Source: Pseudomonadota bacterium | Lineage (GTDB): Bacteria > Pseudomonadota > Alphaproteobacteria > Rhodobacterales > Rhodobacteraceae | Direction of reading: 5' to 3' | DNA length: 64,000 nt | NCBI GenBank assembly: GCA_039030635.1 | Contig: JBCCDT010000004.1 | Coordinates: forward strand, 862-64,861 | Shown here: in pieces, positions 39,882-49,649 of the stretch | Numbering within the stretch: position 1 is the stretch's first letter | How the letters are laid out: each line of letters starts with the position of its first letter | Notes under the pieces: generated by a model | The model's input: only the letters and a program-made list of their open reading frames with translations | What the model was told of the DNA's origin: nothing | The model's database searches: none | Translations under genes and position numbers: made by a program

Positions 39882-41135
39882 TCAGAAATATCCGCGCACA
39901 AGGCTTGTGGCGATCAACGTCCAGCCGTCGGCGACGACAAAAAAGGCCAGCTTGAAAGGCAGAGATACGATCACTGGCGGCACCATCATCATGCCCATCG
40001 ACATCAACACCGCGGCCACGACAAGGTCAATGATCAGGAATGGCAGAAAGATCAGAAAGCCGATCTCAAAGGCGCGCGCGATCTCTGACAACAAAAAACT
40101 GGGGACCAAAACCGAAAGCGGTGCATCTGGCGCCAGGTTGAACGACGCCCCATCAGGCCGCAAGGCGGACAGTGCAAAGAACGTATCCGCGTCAAGCCGC
40201 GCTGCCATGAATTCCCGAAACGGTTGCAATGTGCGCGGCACGGCCGTTTCAAGATCAATGGTCTCGTTCAAAAGCGGTGAGATGCCCGTCTCCCAAGCGA
40301 CGGTGAACGTGGGCTCCATCACGAAATACGTCAAGAACAGCGCCAGGCTCACCAACAGCATGTTGGGGGGCGATTGTTGCAACCCGATGCCCTGGCGCAG
40401 GATCGCAAGCACCGTGATCAAAAAGGGAAAGCTGGTGGCAACAATTGCAATCCCCGGCGCAATCGACAGCACTGTGATCAGCAGCAAAAGCTGAATACTG
40501 CGCGCCGTGAGGGAGCCGTCCTCGCCAAGGTTGATAGAGATATCTTGCGCCATGGCGCCTGATGGCAGGCTCGCGGCCACGGCGATCGTCAGACAAAAGA
40601 TCGCCCAAGGGGCCGCCTTGCATCTCTTTGAGGGGGTTGGCCACCAATCCCTTTTGCAAACGGTTCGCGTCCAGACATGTGCCCCGAAAGGGATCCAGGA
40701 CATCAGCCCGCCAATGGCCCAGGAAACGGTCAGATTTATGGTCCTGATCAAAGCCCTGTTCAGGGCCACAGCCACTGCCATAACCACGGCACAGACCGAC
40801 GTCCAAGCTGTGGCGCAGACTGGGCCGCGGCCCAACGCACGGGGCCGGGCGCCGGGTTTAAGCGGAACAGCACCCCAATCAATGCCCCAAACTTGGCCCC
40901 AAGCACGGCTCCAAATACAGCCCTGAACGCGGCCCCAAACATTGGCCTGAAGAGCGGGCAACGCCCTAGCCACCCGCCAAACGGGGTCGACCGACGGGCT
41001 TGGCACCCTGGCCGCCCAGCATATCGCCCTCATGCCTGTGAAAGACCACAGAAACGTGGCCCATGTGGCCAGTGTCAGGATGTACGCACTCTCATGCATC
41101 ATGGCCCCGCTCAGCAAGGTGTCACTCCAGACCAT
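39882..41135 (-). CDS. fliP: Flagellar export protein FliP; start unresolved, frame open for ~170 extra codons upstream
   Basis: QQSPPNMLL, AFEIGFLIFLPFLIID, SMGMMMVPP, LPFKL. Conserved part begins near 40610; in-frame ATGs at 40553, 40703, 40781, 41099/41102 and 41135. Confidence 0.9.
   Translation of the reverse strand: MVWSDTLLSGAMMHESAYILTLATWATFLWSFTGMRAICWAARVPSPSVDPVWRVARALPALQANVWGRVQGCIWSRAWGQVWGIDWGAVPLKPGARPRALGRGPVCATAWTSVCAVVMAVAVALNRALIRTINLTVSWAIGGLMSWIPFGAHVWTRTVCKRDWWPTPSKRCKAAPWAIFCLTIAVAASLPSGAMAQDISINLGEDGSLTARSIQLLLLITVLSIAPGIAIVATSFPFLITVLAILRQGIGLQQSPPNMLLVSLALFLTYFVMEPTFTVAWETGISPLLNETIDLETAVPRTLQPFREFMAARLDADTFFALSALRPDGASFNLAPDAPLSVLVPSFLLSEIARAFEIGFLIFLPFLIIDLVVAAVLMSMGMMMVPPVIVSLPFKLAFFVVADGWTLIATSLVRGYF
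40872..40955. repeat. Seven degenerate 12-bp tandem repeats (GCCCCAAAYNNN-like)
   Basis: CCAA or CTGA recurs at exact 12-bp spacing: 40875, 40887, 40899, 40911, 40923, 40935, 40947. Confidence 0.7.
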
Positions 41136-41418
41136 CTTGCATTTGCGCCACTTCGGTCAGACGCACCGCAAGTTGGCCCTGCGCATCGCCATCCAACTCT
41201 TCAAGCTGCCCGCGCGCGATAAGGCGTTCACCCACATAGAGCTCGACCGCATCATCCACGCGTTTGTCGAGTGGCAGCACCGAATGTTTCTTGAGCGCGA
41301 GCAGGTCCCGGATCAACGGGCGGGCCCGGCCCACCGAAATCGTGATCTCGATGGGAACAGCGGAAAAGGGGCTTTTCATATCTGGCATCGGGGTTTCAGC
41401 GTCATCCGGGCTTGTCAT
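41122..41418 (-). CDS. fliN: Flagellar motor switch protein FliN
   Basis: VPIEITISVGRARPLIRDLL..VELYVGERLIARGQL (SpoA domain). Confidence 0.85.
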   Translation of the reverse strand: MTSPDDAETPMPDMKSPFSAVPIEITISVGRARPLIRDLLALKKHSVLPLDKRVDDAVELYVGERLIARGQLEELDGDAQGQLAVRLTEVAQMQDGLE

Positions 41419-42038
41419 CACGCGGTCTCCTTGGTCAGTTCAGTCTGTGGCGCGCTGTCTGTCTGGGTTTGAAAAAATCCGTGCACGGCGGCTTGGATCC
41501 CGTCGATCAGCGCTGCCGTGTCGAGCTCTTCTTCGTGGTCCGTGCCGAAACTCAGATGCACCTGCCCTGCCGCCAGCGTTTCATCCGCGCGCAGCTCAAC
41601 CACCATGTTTTCATCCAGCCCCTCGACCATGGGTTCCAGCATCTTGAGCCCGTCCGGCGCAGTCGACAGCACAAGCGCGCTGCGTGGCCCAGTTGTCATC
41701 TGAGCCTCGATGAGTTCCAAAACACGCGGTCCCAGCGTGTCCTGCGCCATCGCTGGCAAGACCGTGTCAACGATTTGCGTCAGCAGCGGTTTTATATCGG
41801 CGAGCAGGGCCGCATAGGCCTCGTGATACGTCATCGACAGATCACGCATGTTTTGCGCAAAATCGGCGGCAACCTGATTGCCTGCGTCGGTGTTGGCCGC
41901 CGCGCTGTCATCCCATCCGGCCTGATAACCGGCCTCATAGGAATCAAGTTTTTGATCCTCAAGCGCGACCTCGTTGAGGGCGGCCGTATGGGCGGGCTGG
42001 GTTGTGCCGAAATCGGGCAGGATACGAGACAGTGCCAC
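41418..42038 (-). CDS. fliH: Flagellar assembly protein FliH
   Basis: YEAGYQAGWDD (GxxxG repeats); lies between fliF and fliN. Confidence 0.8.
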   Translation of the reverse strand: MALSRILPDFGTTQPAHTAALNEVALEDQKLDSYEAGYQAGWDDSAAANTDAGNQVAADFAQNMRDLSMTYHEAYAALLADIKPLLTQIVDTVLPAMAQDTLGPRVLELIEAQMTTGPRSALVLSTAPDGLKMLEPMVEGLDENMVVELRADETLAAGQVHLSFGTDHEEELDTAALIDGIQAAVHGFFQTQTDSAPQTELTKETA

Positions 42039-43723
42039 TATGCCTTCTCCTCCTCGCCCTCAAGCCACGTGCGCAAGATCTCAACGGTTTCGTCGCGGCG
42101 TTCATCAATCAATCCGCGCAGCCGGTCGACCGGGTCAGAATTGCCACCGGCCATATCAATGCTCGGCAGGCCACCGCCCAAAGCATCTTGCAGTGAAATC
42201 TCGGGCAGGCCGCCCGCATCATCAGAGCCGGACACAAGCGTCATGTCACGCCCATCCGCGCCCGTGTCCACGGGGTCAATTTCACCGGTAAGCGCCCCAT
42301 TTGTGTCTGACTGAGCCACCGTGGAACCTGCCGCGACCGGGGCCGCGCGCGCAGCTGTATCGGGCGGAGGGGCAAGTTGCGGCACATCTCCGCCCCCCCG
42401 AGACAGGATCGGGCGCAAAACAAAGAGACCAAGAATCAGCGCAACAATCCCCAAGATCGCCGCTTGAATGAGGGACATGACATCGAGGCCCAAACTGGAC
42501 AGGACAGAGGCTTGCGCTTCGGTCCCGGCCGGGCCGGGGGCCTCAAATTCCAGCGTTTTGATCGTCAGATTGTCGCCCCGTGCCTCATCGAACCCAACGG
42601 CAGAGGCCACCAGGTCACGCAAGTCCTGTAACTCCGCGTCTGAGCGGGGTTCAAACACCGCCACGCCATTCGCATCCGTGCCTGAGGTTCCGTTGACCAG
42701 CACGGCCACACTCAGCCGTTTGATCGCGCCCGGGGCCAGCGTAACTTCGCGTTCAGTCTCAGAAATCTCATAGTTCACCCGCTCGCGCGTCTCGCTGTTC
42801 TGACTGGACGAACTGTCGCCGCCGGCCTCGCCATCCGGCAGGTTGGAGGCCACCGTCACATCGCCACCACTGTCAGACGAGGTGCCAGAGCGCTCTTCAG
42901 TGTCGGTGCTGATCACGGTGCGGCTTTCGGGGTCAATCACGCGTTCGCGCAGCATCTCTGAGCGGGTCACCGTTTCAACGCTCACCTCCACCACGGCATT
43001 GCCCGGACCCACGCGCGCCTCCAGCAGGCGGGTTACCTTCTGGCGCAGCGTATCGGCGCGCTCATCGGTGGCATTGGCGGGTGCCTCTTCTGCGGCAGAG
43101 ATCAACTCCCCATTGCCGTCGATGACAGAGACATCTTCGGGCGCAAGCCCGGTCACCGCCGAGGCCACAAGAAATTGCAATGCGCGCGCCTGTTTGGCAG
43201 AGATCGCGCCCGTGGCCGTGGTCACCGCGATTGACGCGGACCCCGTGACATCGCGTTGAAACGGGTTGGACCCGGAATTGGCGATGTGCACGCGCGCGTT
43301 GGAAATCGCGGGGTGGGACACGATCGTGCGGGCCAGTTCGCCCTCTTTCGCGCGCCAATAGGCGGCGTTGAACATTTGTGAGGTCGTCCCGAATCCTGAC
43401 AAATTATCAAGAAGTTCGTAGCCGCGCGATGAATTGGCGGGCAGGCCTTCGCCCGCGAGCGTCATGCGCAATTCATCGCGGCGTGCTGCGTCCACCATGA
43501 TCGCCCCGCCGCGCACGTCATAGGCCACGCCGCGCTGTTCCAGGGCGGTCACAACCTCCCCCGCGGCGCCGCTTTCCAAGCCGGAGTATAATAGAGACAT
43601 CGACGGGGCAGACGCCATCCGGGCAAGCCCCAGCACGGCGGCAAACATCGCGACACTGGCCAGGATGACAATCATCCGACGTCGTGTATCCAGCGCATTC
43701 CACAGGTTTAAGAGCTGCTGCAA
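42038..43723 (-). CDS. fliF: Flagellar MS-ring protein
   Basis: GYELLD, FGTTSQM, EGELARTI, VKRLSVAVLV-like, AVGFDEARGD; TTG 43723 after GGAGG. Confidence 0.95.
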   Translation of the reverse strand: MQQLLNLWNALDTRRRMIVILASVAMFAAVLGLARMASAPSMSLLYSGLESGAAGEVVTALEQRGVAYDVRGGAIMVDAARRDELRMTLAGEGLPANSSRGYELLDNLSGFGTTSQMFNAAYWRAKEGELARTIVSHPAISNARVHIANSGSNPFQRDVTGSASIAVTTATGAISAKQARALQFLVASAVTGLAPEDVSVIDGNGELISAAEEAPANATDERADTLRQKVTRLLEARVGPGNAVVEVSVETVTRSEMLRERVIDPESRTVISTDTEERSGTSSDSGGDVTVASNLPDGEAGGDSSSSQNSETRERVNYEISETEREVTLAPGAIKRLSVAVLVNGTSGTDANGVAVFEPRSDAELQDLRDLVASAVGFDEARGDNLTIKTLEFEAPGPAGTEAQASVLSSLGLDVMSLIQAAILGIVALILGLFVLRPILSRGGGDVPQLAPPPDTAARAAPVAAGSTVAQSDTNGALTGEIDPVDTGADGRDMTLVSGSDDAGGLPEISLQDALGGGLPSIDMAGGNSDPVDRLRGLIDERRDETVEILRTWLEGEEEKA

Positions 43724-43785
43724 TTCTTTGCCTCCGCGATTGCGGTCGTTCACCGCGCGTCTCATTTGTGTTTCGCTCATCAGGC

Positions 43786-43800
43786 TTAACAATCGGTTAG
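43786..43800. promoter_or_regulatory. CtrA-like box (TTAA-N7-TTAG) between divergent fliF and fliL
   Basis: TTAACAATCGGTTAG. Confidence 0.65.
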
Positions 43801-43846
43801 TTCCTGCAGGGTATTGTTCACCAAAATCGGATTTACGGGCTTTTTC

Positions 43847-44347
43847 ATGGCTGACACCGCTGACATTGATGAACCAACAGAAAAGAAGCGTTCCAAACTG
43901 CCGATTCTGATCGGTGTTGTGCTGGCTCTTGCGGGCGGGGGCGGCGGATTTTTTGTGATGTATTCGGGTATGCTCGGCGGCTCTGAGGAGGCGGAGGTGA
44001 TGGCGGAAACGGATGCCGACCCAGATCTGCCCATGGCGGATACGGGCGGCGATGTGGCCTTTATCCCGATCGATCAGCTCGTTGTCACCTTGGATCAGGC
44101 GGCGGGGACGCATTTGCGGTTCCGGGCCAGCCTTGAGGTGGACAGCACCGCAGAAGAAGAGGTGACGCGCCTGTTGCCGCGCGTGGTGGATGTGCTCAAC
44201 AGCTATCTGCGCGCGGTTGAGGTGGCCGACCTACAGGATCGCTCTGCTTTGACACGTATCCGCGCGCAAATGTTGCGTCGGGTGCAGGTCGTGGCGGGCG
44301 GTGGACAGGTGAAAGACCTGTTGATCATGGAATTTGTGCTGAACTGA
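43847..44347 (+). CDS. fliL: Flagellar basal-body protein FliL
   Basis: N-terminal TM with GGGGG; LPRVVDVLNSYLR; IMEFVLN. Confidence 0.88.
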   Translation: MADTADIDEPTEKKRSKLPILIGVVLALAGGGGGFFVMYSGMLGGSEEAEVMAETDADPDLPMADTGGDVAFIPIDQLVVTLDQAAGTHLRFRASLEVDSTAEEEVTRLLPRVVDVLNSYLRAVEVADLQDRSALTRIRAQMLRRVQVVAGGGQVKDLLIMEFVLN

Positions 44348-44356
44348 GGACCTAAA

Positions 44357-44722
44357 ATGGATCTTATCGCTGATATCCTTCTGGCCGCGGGCGCTTTTGG
44401 CGCGGGGTTTTACTGTTTCATCCTGTCGCGGCGTCTGAACCGGTTCAATGACCTGGAAAAGGGGGTTGGCGGGGCTGTCGCTGTGCTGTCTGCGCAGGTG
44501 GATGATCTCACCAAGACGCTCACGCAGGCGCAGGCCACCGCGAATATGTCGACCATGTCTCTGGATGGTTTGACAGAGCGGGCAGAAGCCGTCGCCAAAC
44601 GGTTGGAATTGTTGGTGGCATCCATGCATGACCTGCCGGAGGCGGAGACAAGAAAACCTGAACCCGTTCAAGAGGATACCCCGCTGGGGCCGATCTTCCG
44701 GCGGCGCGCGGAAGGGGCCTGA
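44357..44722 (+). CDS. Flagellar-cluster membrane-anchored coiled-coil hypothetical protein
   Basis: N-terminal TM, then a helical region; operonic with fliL. Confidence 0.7.
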   Translation: MDLIADILLAAGAFGAGFYCFILSRRLNRFNDLEKGVGGAVAVLSAQVDDLTKTLTQAQATANMSTMSLDGLTERAEAVAKRLELLVASMHDLPEAETRKPEPVQEDTPLGPIFRRRAEGA

Positions 44723-44724
44723 AG

Positions 44725-45366
44725 ATGGGGTTGTTTCGGATGCGAAGGACAAAGCGCGCGGGGCGCAGTGTGTTGGGTGTGATCGCGGGGCTTTTGATAG
44801 CCTCGGCGCTTGTGCGCCTAGGAGTTGGAGCGGAACAGGCCGTCGCGCGGGCTGTGGACGGGGTGCAACCCGACCTTGCGCAATCGGGCGAGGACAGGGA
44901 TGGGCGGGTGCCGACCATGGCGGCCATGGCTGAGGATTTTCCAACCGAGATGAGCAACGCAGAAGTTTCCGATATGCTGGCCGCTTTTCAGGCGCGCGAA
45001 GCGCGGTTGGCAGCCCGTGAGGCGGCCCTGGATGAGCGTTTGGCCGCCTTGAAAGTCGCAGATCAACAGATTTCCGAAAAACTGGCCCGGTTGGAGGCCG
45101 CAGAGGCGCAATTGCGAGACACGATCGCCCTGGCCGAGACGGCGTCCAAGGACGACCTCGATCGCCTGACGCAGGTGTATGAAAACATGAAACCGAAACA
45201 GGCTGCGGCCTTGTTTGAGGAAATGGACCCCAATTTCGCCGCCGGGTTTCTGGCCCGCATGCGCGCCGAATCAGCGGCAGAGATCATGGCAGGCCTCAGC
45301 CCGGAATCGGCGCATCTCTTCAGCGTGGTTTTGGCCGGGCGCAATGCCAACGTCCCACAGGAATGA
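44725..45366 (+). CDS. motE: MotE-like periplasmic motor protein
   Basis: TM + coiled coil + VYENMKPKQAAALFEEMD repeat-like C-terminus; upstream of motA. Confidence 0.7.
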   Translation: MGLFRMRRTKRAGRSVLGVIAGLLIASALVRLGVGAEQAVARAVDGVQPDLAQSGEDRDGRVPTMAAMAEDFPTEMSNAEVSDMLAAFQAREARLAAREAALDERLAALKVADQQISEKLARLEAAEAQLRDTIALAETASKDDLDRLTQVYENMKPKQAAALFEEMDPNFAAGFLARMRAESAAEIMAGLSPESAHLFSVVLAGRNANVPQE

Positions 45367-45490
45367 CCGCGTCGCGCGCGCGATCCCGCACAGAAAACTG
45401 CACGAAAAAATCGTGTTGAGAGGGCGGACGATCAGGGTTTCTTAACTGACATCTGCCATCTTGCCAGTAGGTAAAAAGGCTGAGGCGCAG

Positions 45491-46360
45491 ATGCTGGGTT
45501 TTGTGGGAATTGCGGTTGTTTTCGTGATGGTGTTCGGCGGCTACATGCTGGCCGGGGGCAAGTTTGGGATCATCCTCAAGGCGTTGCCGTTTGAGATGAT
45601 GATGATCATGGGCGCGGCCATCGGCGCGTTTCTCATCTCCAACTCCGGAAGCGCCGTGAAACAGGTGCTCAAGGATGTGGGGAAGGTGTTCAAAGGCCCC
45701 AAATGGAAATCTGAAGATTATCGCGATCTTCTGTGCCTTTTGTTTGAGTTGATCCGGCTGGCCCGACAGAACCCTGTCGCCATTGAGGAACATATCGAAG
45801 ACCCTGAAAACTCGAATATTTTTTCCCGCTACCCCAAGATTTTAGCGGACCATGAGGCGATTGAGCTGATCAGTGATACGATGCGTTCGGCCTCGATGAA
45901 TTACGATGATCCCCATCAGGTCGAAGATCTGCTCGACAAACGGATGGAGGCGAACATGCATCACGCGATGCATTCCAGCCATGCGTTGCAAACGGTGGCG
46001 GATGGCTTGCCCGCGCTTGGCATTGTGGCCGCGGTGCTTGGCGTGATCAAAACCATGAGTTCCATTGACCAGCCCCCTGAAATCCTCGGCAAGATGATCG
46101 GCGGCGCGCTTGTGGGCACGTTTCTGGGCGTTTTTCTGGCCTATGCCTTCGTCGGGCCCTTTGCCGGCAAGGTAAAGGAAGTGGTGGAGGATGACGCGCA
46201 TTTCTACAACCTCATCCGCGAGGTTCTGGTCGCCAATATGCACAACCACTCCACCAGCATCTGCATTGAGGTGGGGCGTCAAAATACGCCGCATCACAAC
46301 CGCCCGAGCTTCAATGACCTCGAAGATGCGATCAAAGCCGTCAAACAGGATGCCGCATGA
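45491..46360 (+). CDS. motA: Flagellar stator MotA
   Basis: ADGLPALGIVAAVLGVI, GGALVGTFLGVF, EVGRQ. Confidence 0.95.
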   Translation: MLGFVGIAVVFVMVFGGYMLAGGKFGIILKALPFEMMMIMGAAIGAFLISNSGSAVKQVLKDVGKVFKGPKWKSEDYRDLLCLLFELIRLARQNPVAIEEHIEDPENSNIFSRYPKILADHEAIELISDTMRSASMNYDDPHQVEDLLDKRMEANMHHAMHSSHALQTVADGLPALGIVAAVLGVIKTMSSIDQPPEILGKMIGGALVGTFLGVFLAYAFVGPFAGKVKEVVEDDAHFYNLIREVLVANMHNHSTSICIEVGRQNTPHHNRPSFNDLEDAIKAVKQDAA

Positions 46361-48768
46361 TACGGAGTACCCTCGCCGCCGCCATTGTCTTTGCCACCTT
46401 GTTCAGCGCGGCATGGGCGCAGACCGTCACGGTGCGCAGCGGTGAGCATGACGATTTTACAAGGCTGGTGTTCAACATGCCCGGCCGGCTGGATGTCGCG
46501 CTCCGATACCAATCGGACGGGGTGGCTCTCACCTTTGAAAGAGAGGCGCTCACCTTCAACACGGATACCGTGTTTGACATGGTGCCCACCACACGGCTCA
46601 GCGCTCTGTCAACCGACGGCGGAGAGGTCCAGCTCACCTTGCAATGCCTCTGTGATATTGAAACGTTCTGGGCCAGCGATCGTGCCTTCGTGGTCGATAT
46701 CAGCGATGAGACAGAGGTGTCAGCGGCGCTTTTCCCGGCCCCACCGCCGGATCAAACTGCGCCACCGACAGAGCTCGGGTCACGCGCAAGTGACGCGCCC
46801 AGACCCGTGTCTGACGACCTGCCGGTGACCGAGCCTGCGCCCCCGGCGCCGAACACGACCGCGCTTGATCTGCTCTCCGGGGCCGAGACACCCAATGTCG
46901 GATCGGTGGCCTTCCTCATAGCAGATGCCTTGGACAGGCAACCGGAGCTCGCATCGCCGCCAGGTTCCGATTTGACCGACTACGCCAACCGCGTGCGCGA
47001 AAGCCAGGCGGCGATCGTCCAACAGATTGGGCGGGCCGCCACGCAAGGATTGCTGTCGCCCCGTGATGATCTCGTACCGCAAAGCCCCGATCCAGTGCCT
47101 GACACCGCACCCGATCCCGCACCGCTGCTCACCGCGCCACGCGAACAGCCCGATGATACGCAAACCACCACCGCCCAGACCCCAGACACCACGCCGATGG
47201 ATGCGTCGGACAATGTGATGATCAGCGCCCAAACCAGCGTGGATCAAGCGCTGTCGAACCGGATCAACCTGGCCTTGGGCGGCGAAGACAGCTCCGGGTG
47301 CATGTCCAAGGCGCGCGTGGATGCCGCCAGCTGGGCGCAAGAGGGCGCCTTTATTGACCAGATCGGACCTCTGCGATCGAAAATTTTAGGCGAATTTGAT
47401 GAACCGTCCGAGGATGCGATCATGGCGCTGGCGCGCTTCTACATTCACTTTGGATTTGGGGCCGAAGCCCGCCAGGTGATGGGAATGCTGCCGGTCGGGA
47501 CCCCTCCGGACCCGGTTTTGCAGGCGATGATCAACATCCTGGAATTTGGCGATGACGGGTCTGCATCCATGTTGGCAGGTCATATGGATTGCGATCCTGT
47601 CGTCGCGGTTTGGTCCCTTCTGTCCTATGATGAGGTTCCGGGCAACCAACCGATCGATCCTGACGGCATTGTGCGCGGCACCCAGAAACTGCCGCTGCAT
47701 TTGCGCGCCTTTCTAGGCCCGCTTGTGGGTGACAAATTGCGCCGTGCCGGATACCCCCGCGCGGCAGATCATGTCGCCCGCGCTTTGCTGCGCAATGACG
47801 ACACCACCAGCACGGCCGCCGGGTTCCTCAATGCCCAGAACAAGGCGATTGGCCCAGACGCCGGCAACTCGGAGGCGGCGTTGGAGGAGGTGATCGCCGA
47901 CAATGCAGCGCCTTCCGCCGAGGCGCTGTTGCAGTTGATCGAGGGGCGATTGGCGCAGGATGAGCCGCTGTCTGAGGACATGGCCCTGCTCGCCGGCGCT
48001 TATGCGATGGAGTACCGGGATGTGCCCATGGGCGGCGATCTGGCCCGCGCCTATATCCTGTCATTGGCCTCCACCGGGGCATTTGGCGACGCGTTTGCGG
48101 AACTTGATCGGCTGACCGGCGCCGCGCCCGCGCCACGGCCTGGGACCATGACCGACCTGATGGAGGTGCTCACGCGTGCCTCCAATGATCCTACCTTTCT
48201 GACCTACACGATCGGCGCGGACCCATCTCTGCGCTTTGAACTGGATGATGAGGTGGGCAACGCAGTGGCCACCCGCCTGATTTCGCTTGGGTTTTTTGAG
48301 GCGGCAGGCAGCTTCGTCGCGCCCTTGGCGATGGGCGGGGCGGAACGGGCCCGCAAACTGCTGCGCGCAGAGATTGCGTTGCAAGCCGGGCGCCCCCGCC
48401 AGGCGGAACTTGAATTGATCGGGGAAGGCGGCGAAGACGTCACCGCTTTGATCGCGCGGGCGCGCGGCATGGCGGGAGAGCATGGCGCGGCACAAGATAT
48501 GTACAGCCGTCTTGACGATGAAGAGGCCGCGTTGCGCCAAGCTTTGCTCGACGGGGACTGGGAAACCTTGCAAACGCATTCCGACCCCGCCATCGCCGCC
48601 GTGGCCGCACGTCAGGCGACCCCCATCGGTGACGCCGATCCAAGTGTCGCCCAAGTGCTGGCGCGCAACACCGCGATGATCGAAGACAGTCAATCCATGC
48701 GCTCCGAGATAGAAGCGCTGCTCGGTGGGATCACGGTGCCAGAGGTGGATGCGGAAACCGATCCGTAA
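46357..48768 (+). CDS. Large exported flagellar protein (PflI/MotK-like)
   Basis: Signal peptide, VRSGEHDDFTRLVF, Pro-rich linker, helical C-terminus; directly after motA. Confidence 0.6.
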   Translation: MIRSTLAAAIVFATLFSAAWAQTVTVRSGEHDDFTRLVFNMPGRLDVALRYQSDGVALTFEREALTFNTDTVFDMVPTTRLSALSTDGGEVQLTLQCLCDIETFWASDRAFVVDISDETEVSAALFPAPPPDQTAPPTELGSRASDAPRPVSDDLPVTEPAPPAPNTTALDLLSGAETPNVGSVAFLIADALDRQPELASPPGSDLTDYANRVRESQAAIVQQIGRAATQGLLSPRDDLVPQSPDPVPDTAPDPAPLLTAPREQPDDTQTTTAQTPDTTPMDASDNVMISAQTSVDQALSNRINLALGGEDSSGCMSKARVDAASWAQEGAFIDQIGPLRSKILGEFDEPSEDAIMALARFYIHFGFGAEARQVMGMLPVGTPPDPVLQAMINILEFGDDGSASMLAGHMDCDPVVAVWSLLSYDEVPGNQPIDPDGIVRGTQKLPLHLRAFLGPLVGDKLRRAGYPRAADHVARALLRNDDTTSTAAGFLNAQNKAIGPDAGNSEAALEEVIADNAAPSAEALLQLIEGRLAQDEPLSEDMALLAGAYAMEYRDVPMGGDLARAYILSLASTGAFGDAFAELDRLTGAAPAPRPGTMTDLMEVLTRASNDPTFLTYTIGADPSLRFELDDEVGNAVATRLISLGFFEAAGSFVAPLAMGGAERARKLLRAEIALQAGRPRQAELELIGEGGEDVTALIARARGMAGEHGAAQDMYSRLDDEEAALRQALLDGDWETLQTHSDPAIAAVAARQATPIGDADPSVAQVLARNTAMIEDSQSMRSEIEALLGGITVPEVDAETDP

Positions 48769-48830
48769 ATCCGAAACATGATTACCGAATCGTAAGGGCT
48801 TGGCCCCTACACTGTGCCTCAAAGGGCAGA

Positions 48831-49649
48831 ATGCCCGAAACGCGCGGAGTTCGAACTGTGCAAAAGCCAGTTTTGGTGCAGAAAGCAACGCGCGTGCTGC
48901 GCGTGTTCACAGGGTTGGGTCGATACGTCGGTCTGGCTTGGGTCTGGATGGTGTGCCTGCCGCCAACCCCTGCGGCGGCCAGCGCGCATGGGATCTGTGA
49001 TCAGGTCGCGCGACAGGCGGCCCGGGAAAGCGGCGTGCCCCTTTCGGTGATGAAGGCCATCACGCGCACGGAAACCGGCAGGGTGCAGGGCGGCCGCCTG
49101 ACCCCTTGGCCATGGACCGTCAACATGGAAGGCGCGGGTCACTGGTTTGACAACCGGGCGGAGGCCGAGGCCTATGTCGCCAAGCATCACGCCCGCGGCG
49201 CCCGCAGCTACGATGTGGGCTGTTTTCAGATCAATTATCGCTGGCATGGTCAGCATTTCTCGTCCCCCACGGCGATGTTTGACCCGTTGGCCAATGCCCG
49301 CTACGCCGCGCGGTTTCTCTCAGAACTCTACGCAGAGACCGCGGATTGGTCCAAAGCGGCCGGGGCCTATCACTCGCGCACGCCCAAATACGCGACCCGC
49401 TATCGCACGCGCTTTGACAGAATACGCAGCGGGATCGACAGCAGCATCGATGGCACCACAAACGGCGTGCAAGAGGGCATACCTCTCGTCGCGCAGGCCA
49501 CGCCCAACGCTGTTCCGAGGGCCCCACGCCCGAACCTCTACCCGCTGTTGCAGCCGGGCGCGCAATCGCTTGGCTTCGGCTCTCTTGTGCCCAACACGGC
49601 GTCATCCCGCCCGGCACTGATCACTCTTGACGGGCGCGCCCAGCCATGA
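48831..49649 (+). CDS. Flagellar lytic transglycosylase (SltF-like); start uncertain
   Basis: AITRTETG, DVGCFQIN, AGAYHS. Confidence 0.85.
   Translation: MPETRGVRTVQKPVLVQKATRVLRVFTGLGRYVGLAWVWMVCLPPTPAAASAHGICDQVARQAARESGVPLSVMKAITRTETGRVQGGRLTPWPWTVNMEGAGHWFDNRAEAEAYVAKHHARGARSYDVGCFQINYRWHGQHFSSPTAMFDPLANARYAARFLSELYAETADWSKAAGAYHSRTPKYATRYRTRFDRIRSGIDSSIDGTTNGVQEGIPLVAQATPNAVPRAPRPNLYPLLQPGAQSLGFGSLVPNTASSRPALITLDGRAQP

Noticed and set aside
43724-44113. 130-aa N-terminal extension of FliF in the ORF track
   Set aside because: It is antisense to fliL. A TTG with a strong GGAGG at 43723 gives a normal-length FliF.
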